36,072 nucleotides of DNA from a virus (taxonomy: Duplodnaviria > Caudoviricetes), in IMG/VR virus record IMGVR_UViG_3300038673_000739, positions 1 through 36,072 of that record. One strand, given 5' to 3'. Position numbers and translations under genes: made by a program. Positions 1 to 7,874 of the stretch are shown one piece after another; position 1 is the stretch's first letter; each line of letters opens with the position of its first letter. The notes under the pieces were generated by a model, which worked only from the letters and a program-made list of their open reading frames with translations, was not told where the DNA came from and made no database searches.

Positions 1-6
1 TCATCA

Positions 7-729
7 TCAAAGACCGCTGGCGTCAATGGCTGTCTTGTAGTTAGTTTTTTTTGCATTGTCTAGCCTTTCTATTGCGTCCTTTTTAACAAAGTTCATAAGT
101 GTTCTTTTAAAATCTGCATACTTTTTATTTTTTGAATAACAATAATTAACAACACTATCCCATTCATTTAAGACAAAGCTTATAGGAACTCCATATTTCT
201 TTGCTACTTCCTCAAAGTCTGCTTGTGTTAATTCATCTTCTTTAGGGAATCTTAATTTATTTGATTTTTTATTTTCTTTTATACTATTTTCTTTATTCTT
301 TCCTTTCCTTTCCTTTCCTTTAGCATAAGCCTCCCCAGTGGGGTGGCTAATGGGGTGGCTATTTTTTTGTCTGGTAGACCAACGGGCTTTTGCACCTTTC
401 TTTCCAGCTCTTTGTAATTTTTGTCTAAACTCTAAATGTTCTTGCATTCTTTTGCTTGTAAATAGGTTTTTCTCAAGTATAAAAAGATTTAACTCAATAC
501 ATTTATCAATTATGGCTGATAACTTGTCTTTAGCTATGTTATAGCCAAGTGATAGCCCCCCTATAGCCTCCTTATTAAGGTAGCCATTACTAGTTTCACT
601 CATACTTTCTAACAACATAAAATAAATAGCGTATGCTTCATTCCCAAACTCACATCTAAGCTCAAGTATCTTTTCATCATTTCTAGCGTTACTATCGTGT
701 TGAAAATAAAAATTATTTTTCATATTCAT
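7..729 (-). CDS. Phage replication initiator, DUF4373/Lin1244-like N-terminal domain
   Basis: N-terminal YFQHDSNARNDEKI...YAIYFMLLE motif, central RAGKKGAKARW and KGKERKG basic linker, C-terminal helical domain (KKYADFKRTLMNFV), the layout typical of O-like replisome organisers. Confidence 0.75.
   Translation of the reverse strand: MNMKNNFYFQHDSNARNDEKILELRCEFGNEAYAIYFMLLESMSETSNGYLNKEAIGGLSLGYNIAKDKLSAIIDKCIELNLFILEKNLFTSKRMQEHLEFRQKLQRAGKKGAKARWSTRQKNSHPISHPTGEAYAKGKERKGKNKENSIKENKKSNKLRFPKEDELTQADFEEVAKKYGVPISFVLNEWDSVVNYCYSKNKKYADFKRTLMNFVKKDAIERLDNAKKTNYKTAIDASGL
299..361. repeat. Possible iterons/origin inside the initiator gene
   Basis: TGGGGTGGCTA at 339-349 and 351-361 plus a (TTTCC)x4 tract at 299-320; lambdoid origins lie within the initiator gene. 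Confidence 0.4.
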
Positions 730-961
730 CCTTTATAACCATACTTCCAAAAGTATCTAAATAGATAGCCAGGTGCTCATCTGTAAAGTTTGGAACAGCA
801 ATCCAACCGTCGCCATTACAAGCGTGGCAAGTTTTTTGTTTATTAATTGCAGTAGTTCCAAGACCACCACTAACTGTGATAATTCCAGAACCACCACAAA
901 CTACACATTTTTCTGCGTGATTCATTGGAATCACTTTCATTATTTTTATATTTGATGACAT
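713..961 (-). CDS. Small DnaJ-type zinc-finger protein
   Basis: CVVCGGSG and CHACNGDG (two CxxCxGxG motifs). Start moved to ATG 961 because the listed GTG at 1006 lies inside a leader hairpin. Confidence 0.7.
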   Translation of the reverse strand: MSSNIKIMKVIPMNHAEKCVVCGGSGIITVSGGLGTTAINKQKTCHACNGDGWIAVPNFTDEHLAIYLDTFGSMVIKDEYEK

Positions 962-983
962 TTTGTCAACTTTCTTGTTCCTT

Positions 984-1027
984 AAAACAGCCTTCTTGGT
1001 GAACAACGACGAATACCAAGAGGGCTG
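984..1027 (-). terminator. Terminator/attenuator hairpin in the leader of the replication operon
   Basis: Minus strand CAGCCCTCTTGGT ... ACCAAGAAGGCTG followed by TTTT (12 of 13 pairs). Confidence 0.55.
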
Positions 1028-1081
1028 ATTTAAAGACTGAATATCTTTTTATTGGAATATCGTTGTTGCTTTCATAAATTA

Positions 1082-1110
1082 AATATATATTGTTTTAAAA
1101 TTTAAGTCAA
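1082..1110 (-). promoter_or_regulatory. Sigma70-type promoter
   Basis: TTGACT-N17-TATATT on the minus strand. Confidence 0.65.
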
Positions 1111-1117
1111 ACGCAGT

Positions 1118-1354
1118 TTACTCGTTTCCATACATTCTAGTTTTTAATTCTTTAAAGGAGGTAAATAGGGCTTTGGGATCAACCAGTAGATTACCAGCCC
1201 AGTATTCATCAACTTCTTCGGGGATTTTGCCATCATCATCAAACTCAAAATAAAAGATACGACCATTTTTAATAAGGTCATACCTTTGATGTCCAAGAGC
1301 AATTAGGGTTGAGGCGATGTAGATGTCTTTGGTTGAATAAGTATCCATGTTCAT
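1118..1354 (-). CDS. DUF5659-like protein
   Basis: YSTKDIYIASTLIALG...IFYFEF...LLVDPKALF pattern recognised by eye; upstream TTGCAA-N17-TAGCTT promoter. Confidence 0.6.
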   Translation of the reverse strand: MNMDTYSTKDIYIASTLIALGHQRYDLIKNGRIFYFEFDDDGKIPEEVDEYWAGNLLVDPKALFTSFKELKTRMYGNE

Positions 1355-1401
1355 ATTTATCTATCTATTAAGCTAGCATATTTTAAAAACTTTTGCAAGT
1401 A

Positions 1402-1668
1402 TTAGTGTTTTGTTAAAAAATCAATCTCACTTTTTGCGGTTAAGATTTTAGCCACCCGCAACGCTTCATCAATTTGGTTTTTGTTATAAGTTATAGATTT
1501 ATTAAAGCCACTACGATAATATTCCACGCTAAAGCTAAAAGATTTTAGGGTTTTTAGTTCTCTGAGTCCGTTTAAGCGAAACAAAAACGACTTTTTATGC
1601 TTCGTATGGTAAGTTGTAGCTCCACGCTGTGTTAAAGCCGATAAATGGTATCTAGGATAGGTTTTCAT
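1402..1668 (-). CDS. Hypothetical basic protein
   Basis: 88-aa ORF co-oriented with its neighbours. Confidence 0.55.
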   Translation of the reverse strand: MKTYPRYHLSALTQRGATTYHTKHKKSFLFRLNGLRELKTLKSFSFSVEYYRSGFNKSITYNKNQIDEALRVAKILTAKSEIDFLTKH

Positions 1669-1682
1669 ATGGTTATTGGTTA

Positions 1683-1722
1683 AACTCCCCTATGGCTAAA
1701 CAACCGTAAATCCATAGGGGAA
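1683..1722 (-). terminator. Hairpin/terminator after the 203-aa gene
   Basis: Minus strand TTCCCCTATGG-N16-CCATAGGGGAG-TTT. Confidence 0.55.
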
Positions 1723-1727
1723 TTTAA

Positions 1728-2339
1728 TTAATAGTCATAAGTGAAGTTCGGGTCAAAGTACTGCATAGCTTCAATCAAATTATCTAAATAGCCAGTATTG
1801 CCATCAGACGCTGGTGCATAAGATTTTACAAAGTCCTCTAGTTTTTGAGAATTTCTAAAATCTTCATAATAAGGCATTCTTTCGCCAATTCCAGTCAATG
1901 CTTTTTCAACCGACTCTGCTTGGCTTTGTGGCACAAAATTACCATAAGCACTCCAGTTTAAGAGATTTTGAGGATTTTCAACATTTTTTGGTCTTGTGAT
2001 GTTTTGTCCAGCTCCAGTTTCTATAATTGCTAGGGCTGGTAATAAATATGGATATTTTTCATATATTTCGTATCTACTTGGTGCAGAAGCCATTACTTTT
2101 ACTGCTTCGGCACTAGGTGTTGCATTATAATTTCCATAACCCTCTAAAAATTTGTTGTAGTATTCTTCTTCTGTTGGGGTTGGAGTTGGAGTTGGAGTTG
2201 GAATGTTGGTTGGGATATTGATTGGAGTTGGTTCTTGGACTTGATTGAAAGATTGCTCTTGATTTTGTTTTGGTGAAAATCTATTTTTGATTGACTCCCA
2301 AGCCGAGCTTATTAAATTTCCTAAATAATCTTTTACCAT
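1728..2339 (-). CDS. Putative virion-associated peptidoglycan hydrolase (lysozyme-like/glucosaminidase fold) with Pro-Thr linker
   Basis: LLPALAIIETGAG (candidate catalytic Glu), NLLNW, YAPASDGNTGYLDNL motifs; PTPTPTPTPT linker; late-type promoter upstream. Confidence 0.6.
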   Translation of the reverse strand: MVKDYLGNLISSAWESIKNRFSPKQNQEQSFNQVQEPTPINIPTNIPTPTPTPTPTEEEYYNKFLEGYGNYNATPSAEAVKVMASAPSRYEIYEKYPYLLPALAIIETGAGQNITRPKNVENPQNLLNWSAYGNFVPQSQAESVEKALTGIGERMPYYEDFRNSQKLEDFVKSYAPASDGNTGYLDNLIEAMQYFDPNFTYDY

Positions 2340-2345
2340 ATTTAA

Positions 2346-2372
2346 ATTATATAAAATTTGTTAATTGTTTGT
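2346..2372 (-). promoter_or_regulatory. Phage late-type promoter
   Basis: Minus strand ACAAAC-N15-TATAAT-N6-ATG. Confidence 0.7.
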
Positions 2373-2375
2373 CTT

Positions 2376-2681
2376 TTAGAGTTGTTTGTAGATTTGTGAT
2401 TGCTTGCCAACCTCTCTGATATAGTATGTTGAGCCATTGTAGTTTATTTGAACAAAATGAGTGGGTAAAATCCTTTTTAATTCACTTTTTAATAGCACCT
2501 GATAAAGTATTTCTCCCCAAATAAATAAACTAACAGGTTTATTACTAAATGGTTTGACAGCATAAAGATCGTTTAAGTTGCAGTTAGTTAGTTTTTTAAG
2601 AGCTTTGGCTCTTTTTGATGCTCCGATAAAGTAATCGGTCGAGCTGTATTTTTCTTTGAGTTTCGCTATCTTTGTATCCAT
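2376..2681 (-). CDS. Hypothetical protein (start uncertain)
   Basis: ORF fills the gap but overlaps the GT2 3' end by about 85 nt from ATG 2681. Confidence 0.35.
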   Translation of the reverse strand: MDTKIAKLKEKYSSTDYFIGASKRAKALKKLTNCNLNDLYAVKPFSNKPVSLFIWGEILYQVLLKSELKRILPTHFVQINYNGSTYYIREVGKQSQIYKQL

Positions 2682-3279
2682 AAGATTTACTCCCAAAATG
2701 ATAAACGTATTCACTAGTTATTCTACCAATTTTTCCTTGAATTCGGTCGGCATATTCATCATCTCCATACCAGATTTTAAAATCTTCATTAAATTTGCCA
2801 AACTGTTTGACACAATCCTTTTTAAGGTAAAAAGCAAACCCAGTTAGCCAGTCAGTATCTTTGATGGTTAAATTGGGTTTGCCATACCATTTGAAATAAG
2901 ATGAGATTGTATCGGCACTATAAGCCCGATTTGGACAAGCAAAAGTATAGGCTAAATGGTTACTCTTGGCTCTTTTAAGTGAGCTAATAGCAGTTTGAGA
3001 AAATAAAACATCATCATTAATAATTAAAACACCTTCTTGATTATTTTCTAACATACAATCAATGCCTGCGTTCCAAGACTGATAAAGTTCTAACCCACTA
3101 GTTTCTACTAGCATAATTGAACGATGGGTATTGAACATTTTAGCAATAGCAAATCCAGACTTATTCACAGAGTTATCCACAATATAAAAAATATCATTTT
3201 CATTAAGTTGTGGCTGTAGGTTAATTAATAGGGCAGTTAAACCCAGTTGATTGCTAAAGTGTGGAATAGTAACTACCAT
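2596..3279 (-). CDS. Glycosyltransferase family 2 (GT-A fold)
   Basis: VVTIPHF, YIVDNS, SWNAGI, LIINDDV, GFAFYL, FNEDFKIWYGDDEY, YHFGSKS motifs. Confidence 0.85.
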   Translation of the reverse strand: MVVTIPHFSNQLGLTALLINLQPQLNENDIFYIVDNSVNKSGFAIAKMFNTHRSIMLVETSGLELYQSWNAGIDCMLENNQEGVLIINDDVLFSQTAISSLKRAKSNHLAYTFACPNRAYSADTISSYFKWYGKPNLTIKDTDWLTGFAFYLKKDCVKQFGKFNEDFKIWYGDDEYADRIQGKIGRITSEYVYHFGSKSYGYKDSETQRKIQLDRLLYRSIKKSQSS

Positions 3280-3965
3280 TGATATCCTAAAGTAATTAAA
3301 CGATCTTTATTAAGATAAATATAGACCCTTTTAAGAGCGTTAAATGTCTCAAAATCGTCAGTCATTGTTTGAAACTTGTATTTTCCAGTTGGTAGTCCAT
3401 CTTTACCAGTTTCAAGCAGTAAAATGGCTATGTCATCCACCACATAACTATTTTCTCTCATAATTTCAGCATAAGCAGATAGTTGCAGTCCTGCTTCTTG
3501 ATAGATGTCTTTGCCAGTTTTTACATCAATGATGTATTGTTTATCTTTTATTTTAGCAAATATATCTAGCGTTCCAGCGATCATATGTTTATTACTAAAA
3601 ATAGTTTTTTCTTGTTCAAGAATTTTAATATCAAAAGTATTCATAAAATCATAAAATGCTTGAGCATAACCCTTATAATCATCTGGTATTTTATCAATGA
3701 TTTCGCCAGTTTCTTTATAGGCTTCTACAATGCTATGAATAGTTGAGCCCCTGTCTTTTGCCTTATTGCTAACCTTATATGGTGCAGACAGGGCTTCTTT
3801 TTCATCTATACTTGGGTCTTTAATCGTAGCTAAATAAACTTGCTGTCCAAACCAATATCTAAGTGATGGTTTGTCTAAAACTTTATTAATTATTTCTGTA
3901 ACTGATAAGTATGCTTTGTTGTATTTAAAATAAAGCCCACCCCTACGATCTTTTACTTGGGTCAT
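3273..3965 (-). CDS. PD-(D/E)XK exonuclease (Cas4/RecB-like phage nuclease)
   Basis: SVTEII, RGSTIH, AGTLD, IIDVKTG, QLSAY motifs. Confidence 0.85.
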   Translation of the reverse strand: MTQVKDRRGGLYFKYNKAYLSVTEIINKVLDKPSLRYWFGQQVYLATIKDPSIDEKEALSAPYKVSNKAKDRGSTIHSIVEAYKETGEIIDKIPDDYKGYAQAFYDFMNTFDIKILEQEKTIFSNKHMIAGTLDIFAKIKDKQYIIDVKTGKDIYQEAGLQLSAYAEIMRENSYVVDDIAILLLETGKDGLPTGKYKFQTMTDDFETFNALKRVYIYLNKDRLITLGYQW

Positions 3966-4293
3966 TTTTCCTTTCTAATAATGTTTTTACATATTGATAT
4001 CTTATGATGTCTTTTGCATTATCTCTCATTTCATCAACCATATCGCCAGTTAATCCTTCGCTAGCTTGTCTAAAGATTTGGTCGCTGTCCTCATAAACTG
4101 CAAATGCTAAATCTGTAATAAAATCCTCCAATGCGTCATAAAAATAAAAGTTGCTGTTGATTGTGTTAATGTTAGCTTTGGTCATTGTTTGCCTTTCTAT
4201 TTTTTCTAAATTACTTTTTAGTCTTTTGGCTTCTTTGATAAGTTCATCAATTTGAAAAATAGGATCATCAAACATTTTATCTAATTTGTTCAT
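3943..4293 (-). CDS. Hypothetical protein
   Basis: 116-aa ORF, ATGA overlap with the upstream ORF. Confidence 0.6.
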   Translation of the reverse strand: MNKLDKMFDDPIFQIDELIKEAKRLKSNLEKIERQTMTKANINTINSNFYFYDALEDFITDLAFAVYEDSDQIFRQASEGLTGDMVDEMRDNAKDIIRYQYVKTLLERKNDPSKRS

Positions 4294-4466
4294 AATTCCC
4301 CCATTTCTTGAGCTAAATCCTCTTTTTCTTGCTCGGTCATTTTGTTTCTTTTATCAAAATAATTTTCCACTATTTTACAAATAACGCTTACTTGTTCGTT
4401 TTCTTTTTCTAATTGCTTGAGGGCTAGATACTCCTCTTTGCCAGATATTCCATAAAGATGTTTCAT
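4290..4466 (-). CDS. Hypothetical protein, 58 aa (not in ORF track)
   Basis: MKHLYGISGKEEY...QEMGEL; GAAAGGA RBS; directly downstream of a consensus promoter. Confidence 0.65.
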   Translation of the reverse strand: MKHLYGISGKEEYLALKQLEKENEQVSVICKIVENYFDKRNKMTEQEKEDLAQEMGEL

Positions 4467-4484
4467 ATTTTCCTTTCACTAATC

Positions 4485-4513
4485 ATTATACATTATATTA
4501 TACATTATGTCAA
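4485..4513 (-). promoter_or_regulatory. Consensus sigma70 promoter overlapped by a tandem 12-mer
   Basis: TTGACA-N17-TATAAT; ATTATACATTAT at 4485-4496 and 4497-4508. Confidence 0.85.
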
Positions 4514-4680
4514 TTGCTTTTCACATTTTCTAAATCAATTAAAAATTGTCTGCCAATTTTGATTGTTTGGTAATGACCACGTTCAATTCTTTTATAAATT
4601 GTGATGACTGGTTTTTTTAATTGTTCAGCCAGATCATTTGGTGTGATATATTGTTTGTTATTGATTTTATATGTTTTCAT
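4510..4680 (-). CDS. Excisionase-like (HTH_17) DNA-binding protein, 56 aa (not in ORF track)
   Basis: MKTYKINNKQYITPNDLAEQLKKPVITIYKRIERGHYQTIKIGRQFLIDLENVKSN, winged-HTH pattern. Confidence 0.75.
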   Translation of the reverse strand: MKTYKINNKQYITPNDLAEQLKKPVITIYKRIERGHYQTIKIGRQFLIDLENVKSN

Positions 4681-4771
4681 AATTTTCTTTCTATAGATTA
4701 ATGGCTAAAATTAAAACTAATAGCCAGATTAAAAATGCTAAAATAACCCCCCTCATAATTTCCTTTCTTTG

Positions 4772-5110
4772 TTATACCGAACACTCTATATTTTCATTAT
4801 TTTCTATAGCGTCTAAAAGAAAAAAACGAAAATCAGTTAATTTAGCCTTGAAGTATGTTTTATCAAATTTTTCCTGATCGCAGTCTGGGTAATTTTTTAG
4901 ATTTTCAATAAAATCCTTACGATTGTCATCAAGATATTTTAATAATTTTTTGGCTTTTGCTACAGTAATAACGCTTTTTTTATTGATAAAACCGTCAAGA
5001 TTGTGCCAATAACTCAATCCATATAGCCATATTAAGTTTGAGTTATTATAGCTATCTCTAAAATAGCCAGTTTCTTTGTCCTCTTTGATAGTGTATAGGT
5101 CTGCTCCCAT
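4772..5110 (-). CDS. Hypothetical protein
   Basis: MGADLY...GYFRDSYN; GAAAGGA RBS. Confidence 0.7.
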   Translation of the reverse strand: MGADLYTIKEDKETGYFRDSYNNSNLIWLYGLSYWHNLDGFINKKSVITVAKAKKLLKYLDDNRKDFIENLKNYPDCDQEKFDKTYFKAKLTDFRFFLLDAIENNENIECSV

Positions 5111-5121
5111 ATTTTCCTTTC

Positions 5122-5349
5122 TTATATATCTAATAATTCACGAAGCATTACTCCCCTGTCTTGTTTATAAATCCCCTCAATCTTTTTCCTGATTGTGTTT
5201 AGTTCCTCATCGTTATAAAAATAGTTCTTTAAGTAATTTATAACTTCTTGCTCTTGCTTGTCATAATCGCTGTAATCATCTCCAATAAACCAGTCATAAT
5301 CCAGTTCATCGCTGTTCCAGAAGCTAAAAATATAAAATGTTTTATTCAT
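5122..5349 (-). CDS. Hypothetical acidic protein
   Basis: ORF with RBS, in the early-gene array. Confidence 0.65.
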   Translation of the reverse strand: MNKTFYIFSFWNSDELDYDWFIGDDYSDYDKQEQEVINYLKNYFYNDEELNTIRKKIEGIYKQDRGVMLRELLDI

Positions 5350-5373
5350 TTTGTTCCCTTTCTTTTTTACTTA

Positions 5374-5598
5374 TTAAAAATTAAAACACCCACAAGAGAT
5401 TAATTGTCCGCCACATTTTGGACATCTTTCCATATCGCAACCCAGATGATGATAGTTGCCTTGTTTATTAATTATTCCGCAGTCGTGGCATCTTTTATTA
5501 TCATCAAAATAGGTTGTATCTCTTTGATAACCTTCTATTGTTTTTACTGTGCAAGTTTTGGCTGTCGTCATTTCTTGCCCGCAATCTTGACATTTCAT
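5374..5598 (-). CDS. Cys/His-rich zinc-binding protein
   Basis: [32 protein letters not shown]; start at MKCQD after AAGGA. Confidence 0.75.
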   Translation of the reverse strand: MKCQDCGQEMTTAKTCTVKTIEGYQRDTTYFDDNKRCHDCGIINKQGNYHHLGCDMERCPKCGGQLISCGCFNF

Positions 5599-5741
5599 TT
5601 TGTCCTTTTTTTTACTTGATACTTTAATAAAATAGCGGTTAAACACCCTTGAATGTCGCTAGTGGTCATTTCATAGCTCTCATTGATCAAGTCCAGCAGT
5701 TCATCCTCAAGTTTTTCTCTGGTTTTATCTCTTTTTATCAT
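5595..5741 (-). CDS. Hypothetical protein
   Basis: Start at MIKRDK after GGAAGGAG. Confidence 0.6.
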   Translation of the reverse strand: MIKRDKTREKLEDELLDLINESYEMTTSDIQGCLTAILLKYQVKKRTK

Positions 5742-5853
5742 TTTCGTCTCCTTCCTGGTCTTTTTGATCATAATTAATAAAACCTTCAAGCCCCATTGCT
5801 TCAGCCATTAATAGCTCATCGTCTGATAGTTCTATGTTATCTATGTATGCCAT
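5725..5853 (-). CDS. Hypothetical acidic peptide, 42 aa (not in ORF track)
   Basis: MAYIDNIELSDDELLMAEAMG...; AAGGAG RBS. Confidence 0.55.
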   Translation of the reverse strand: MAYIDNIELSDDELLMAEAMGLEGFINYDQKDQEGDENDKKR

Positions 5854-5874
5854 TTTAAGCTCCTTTTGTTTTAA

Positions 5875-6105
5875 TTATTTAATAGATAAAAACTTTTTAA
5901 TTGCTCCTGATTTTGTTCTTGCTCTAACGCTTACACGCTCATCAAAAGCGACATAACCAGATTTTAATAAGTCGCCCTGACTATTAAAAAATCCATACTG
6001 ACATCTACTTGGCAATCGTTCATTGTTTTCTTTTGCTATATCACAAGCTTTATAATATCTAATCATTTCTCTTTGGTTAAAATCTTTCATTTGTAATATG
6101 TTCAT
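5875..6105 (-). CDS. Hypothetical protein
   Basis: ORF with AAAGGA RBS. Confidence 0.6.
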   Translation of the reverse strand: MNILQMKDFNQREMIRYYKACDIAKENNERLPSRCQYGFFNSQGDLLKSGYVAFDERVSVRARTKSGAIKKFLSIK

Positions 6106-6124
6106 AATTTTATAATCCTTTCTT

Positions 6125-6412
6125 TTAATAGCATTCGTACTCTATCTCATCCTCATCATCTAACCCAGCAATATCCTTTTTAAGCTGTTCTATTCTATAA
6201 TCGTCTTTTTCCCATAATTTTTTATTTTTTAAGGCGTTTTTAATTGCTTTTACTCTTACAAAAACTGAGTTAATTTGTCCATCATCACAATAAAAAAATT
6301 GCGTTGAGACTTGGTTTTCTAAAAAATCTAACAAGTCCTGGTCGTGCCATAGATTAAAACTTGGTGAAGTTTCTGTTTCTTTTGTGATAACCTTATAAGC
6401 TCTTACTGACAT
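6125..6412 (-). CDS. Hypothetical protein
   Basis: ORF in the early-gene array. Confidence 0.65.
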   Translation of the reverse strand: MSVRAYKVITKETETSPSFNLWHDQDLLDFLENQVSTQFFYCDDGQINSVFVRVKAIKNALKNKKLWEKDDYRIEQLKKDIAGLDDEDEIEYECY

Positions 6413-6443
6413 ATTTTGTCCATTTCTTTTTACTTATTAATTG

Positions 6444-6647
6444 TTATTTAATAATATAATCTGGTTCGCTCCAGCTTATAATTTCATTGACAAGAAAACC
6501 CGTTTTATCGCTAATATAATCAGCTAGTGCAAGCTCATCATCATCAAGTAAAGCCTCTACTCCGCTAGCGTCTAAACCCTTGATAACAATGTCCGCTTTT
6601 TTTGTTTTATTGTCATCTAGTTCTAAAATTGTTTTTACGATTATCAT
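6444..6647 (-). CDS. Hypothetical protein
   Basis: ORF with AAGGGG RBS. Confidence 0.6.
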   Translation of the reverse strand: MIIVKTILELDDNKTKKADIVIKGLDASGVEALLDDDELALADYISDKTGFLVNEIISWSEPDYIIK

Positions 6648-6661
6648 ATTTTCCCCTTCTT

Positions 6662-7036
6662 TTAATAAGCCGAAAATGGCTTATTTTGATTTTGTAAATA
6701 GCTTTCACTTTCCCATTCATCATCATGATTAGTTAAATTGTGAAAATAGCGTTTTAGTGCGTCCTCCATTTTTTCCACTAAAATCGCTTTAGTATAAGGG
6801 AGGTCATTAATATCAAAATTATAATCACTAGACACTCTACCCAATATGCCACCTCCTAGATAATTTTGATATGCTACCATTTCGCAATCATCATATTTAT
6901 TAGTTTTGCCTTGATTGAGTAAATCAGCAAGGTCAATTTTGATCCCTCCGCCTCTATAACCCGCTTCTAATCTAATTGTATGGCTTTCAATATAGTCAAT
7001 TAATTGTTTTTTTGTCATTTTAATTACCTTTCGCAT
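6662..7036 (-). CDS. Hypothetical protein (true start may be MTKKQL near 7018)
   Basis: AYQNYLGGGILG segment; AAGGT RBS before the internal ATG. Confidence 0.65.
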   Translation of the reverse strand: MRKVIKMTKKQLIDYIESHTIRLEAGYRGGGIKIDLADLLNQGKTNKYDDCEMVAYQNYLGGGILGRVSSDYNFDINDLPYTKAILVEKMEDALKRYFHNLTNHDDEWESESYLQNQNKPFSAY

Positions 7037-7496
7037 AATTAATAACTTTATTTAGTCGTTGCTCTTTTTCTGTCTCTGATAGACTATCCCAGTCTTGTGG
7101 CATTTCAAGGTTAAGTCCAGCCTTGAGCATTCTAGACTTCCAATTGTTGCTCTCTTTTTGATTTTTGCCGACAATATCCCCTAGACTTGCAATCATAGCC
7201 ACCGATTTGAGCTGATCATTTGCCTTTTTTTGTTCTATCTTGCCTTGATTGTCAATCATTTTTTTGAATAGTCGCAAGTGATATTTTGAGAGCAGTTTTT
7301 CATTTTTAGCTTGAGTGTAAAGTTTTTCAATAACAGTCGCAAAATCCCAAGCCTCCCAAGTTCTGTTATAGTATCTTATTTTTGCCTCTGCTATCTCCTG
7401 CTCATTGAGATATAGCCAAGCCTTGTGACCCCAAGAATATCTGGTTTGATAAGTTTCAGCCTTTACTCTTAGGTTTTTTGTTATTTCAATTTGCAT
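7020..7496 (-). CDS. Hypothetical protein
   Basis: YYNRTWE segment; start at MQIEIT after AAAGGG. Confidence 0.7.
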   Translation of the reverse strand: MQIEITKNLRVKAETYQTRYSWGHKAWLYLNEQEIAEAKIRYYNRTWEAWDFATVIEKLYTQAKNEKLLSKYHLRLFKKMIDNQGKIEQKKANDQLKSVAMIASLGDIVGKNQKESNNWKSRMLKAGLNLEMPQDWDSLSETEKEQRLNKVINYAKGN

Positions 7497-7674
7497 ATTT
7501 TGCCCTTTCCAATAGCTCATTAAAAGCTACTAAATAGTTATATATAAGTTCTTGCGGGTTTTCACTTTCAGCAATATCTAGCGATAAGTCCCAAAAACCG
7601 CCAGCATGTTTTTCATCATCCCTATTTTGTCTTGCCTCTCTAGCAAGTTCTATATCTTTTATTAAACCTTCCAT
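7486..7674 (-). CDS. Hypothetical protein
   Basis: Start at MEGLIK after GAAGGG. Confidence 0.55.
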   Translation of the reverse strand: MEGLIKDIELAREARQNRDDEKHAGGFWDLSLDIAESENPQELIYNYLVAFNELLERAKYAN

Positions 7675-7693
7675 TTTTGCCCTTCTTTTTCTT

Positions 7694-7852
7694 TTATTTC
7701 CATATAATTTTTGCTTCGCAGCACTTAGAGATAATTGAGTCATTGTTTCTACTATATTTTTTCCATTGATTTGGATTGTTTAGCACCTTATGAGCTGGTT
7801 TTCCGCATTTAGTGCAATAAGGTTTTTTGTTTTTCATTATTGTAATTTGCAT
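7694..7852 (-). CDS. Small zinc-ribbon protein, 52 aa (not in ORF track)
   Basis: YCTKCG ... SKCCEAKI; GAAGGGG RBS. Confidence 0.6.
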   Translation of the reverse strand: MQITIMKNKKPYCTKCGKPAHKVLNNPNQWKKYSRNNDSIISKCCEAKIIWK

Positions 7853-7874
7853 ATTTGCCCCTTCTTTTTACTTT

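Noticed and set aside
713-961. Split DnaJ formed from this zinc finger plus the J-domain at 28612
   Set aside because: The two lie in different transcription classes, and small CxxCxGxG proteins are common in phages; nothing in the sequence links them
4510-4680. Lysogeny module implied by the Xis-like gene
   Set aside because: No integrase, att site or CI-like repressor is visible in the window, so lifestyle cannot be determined
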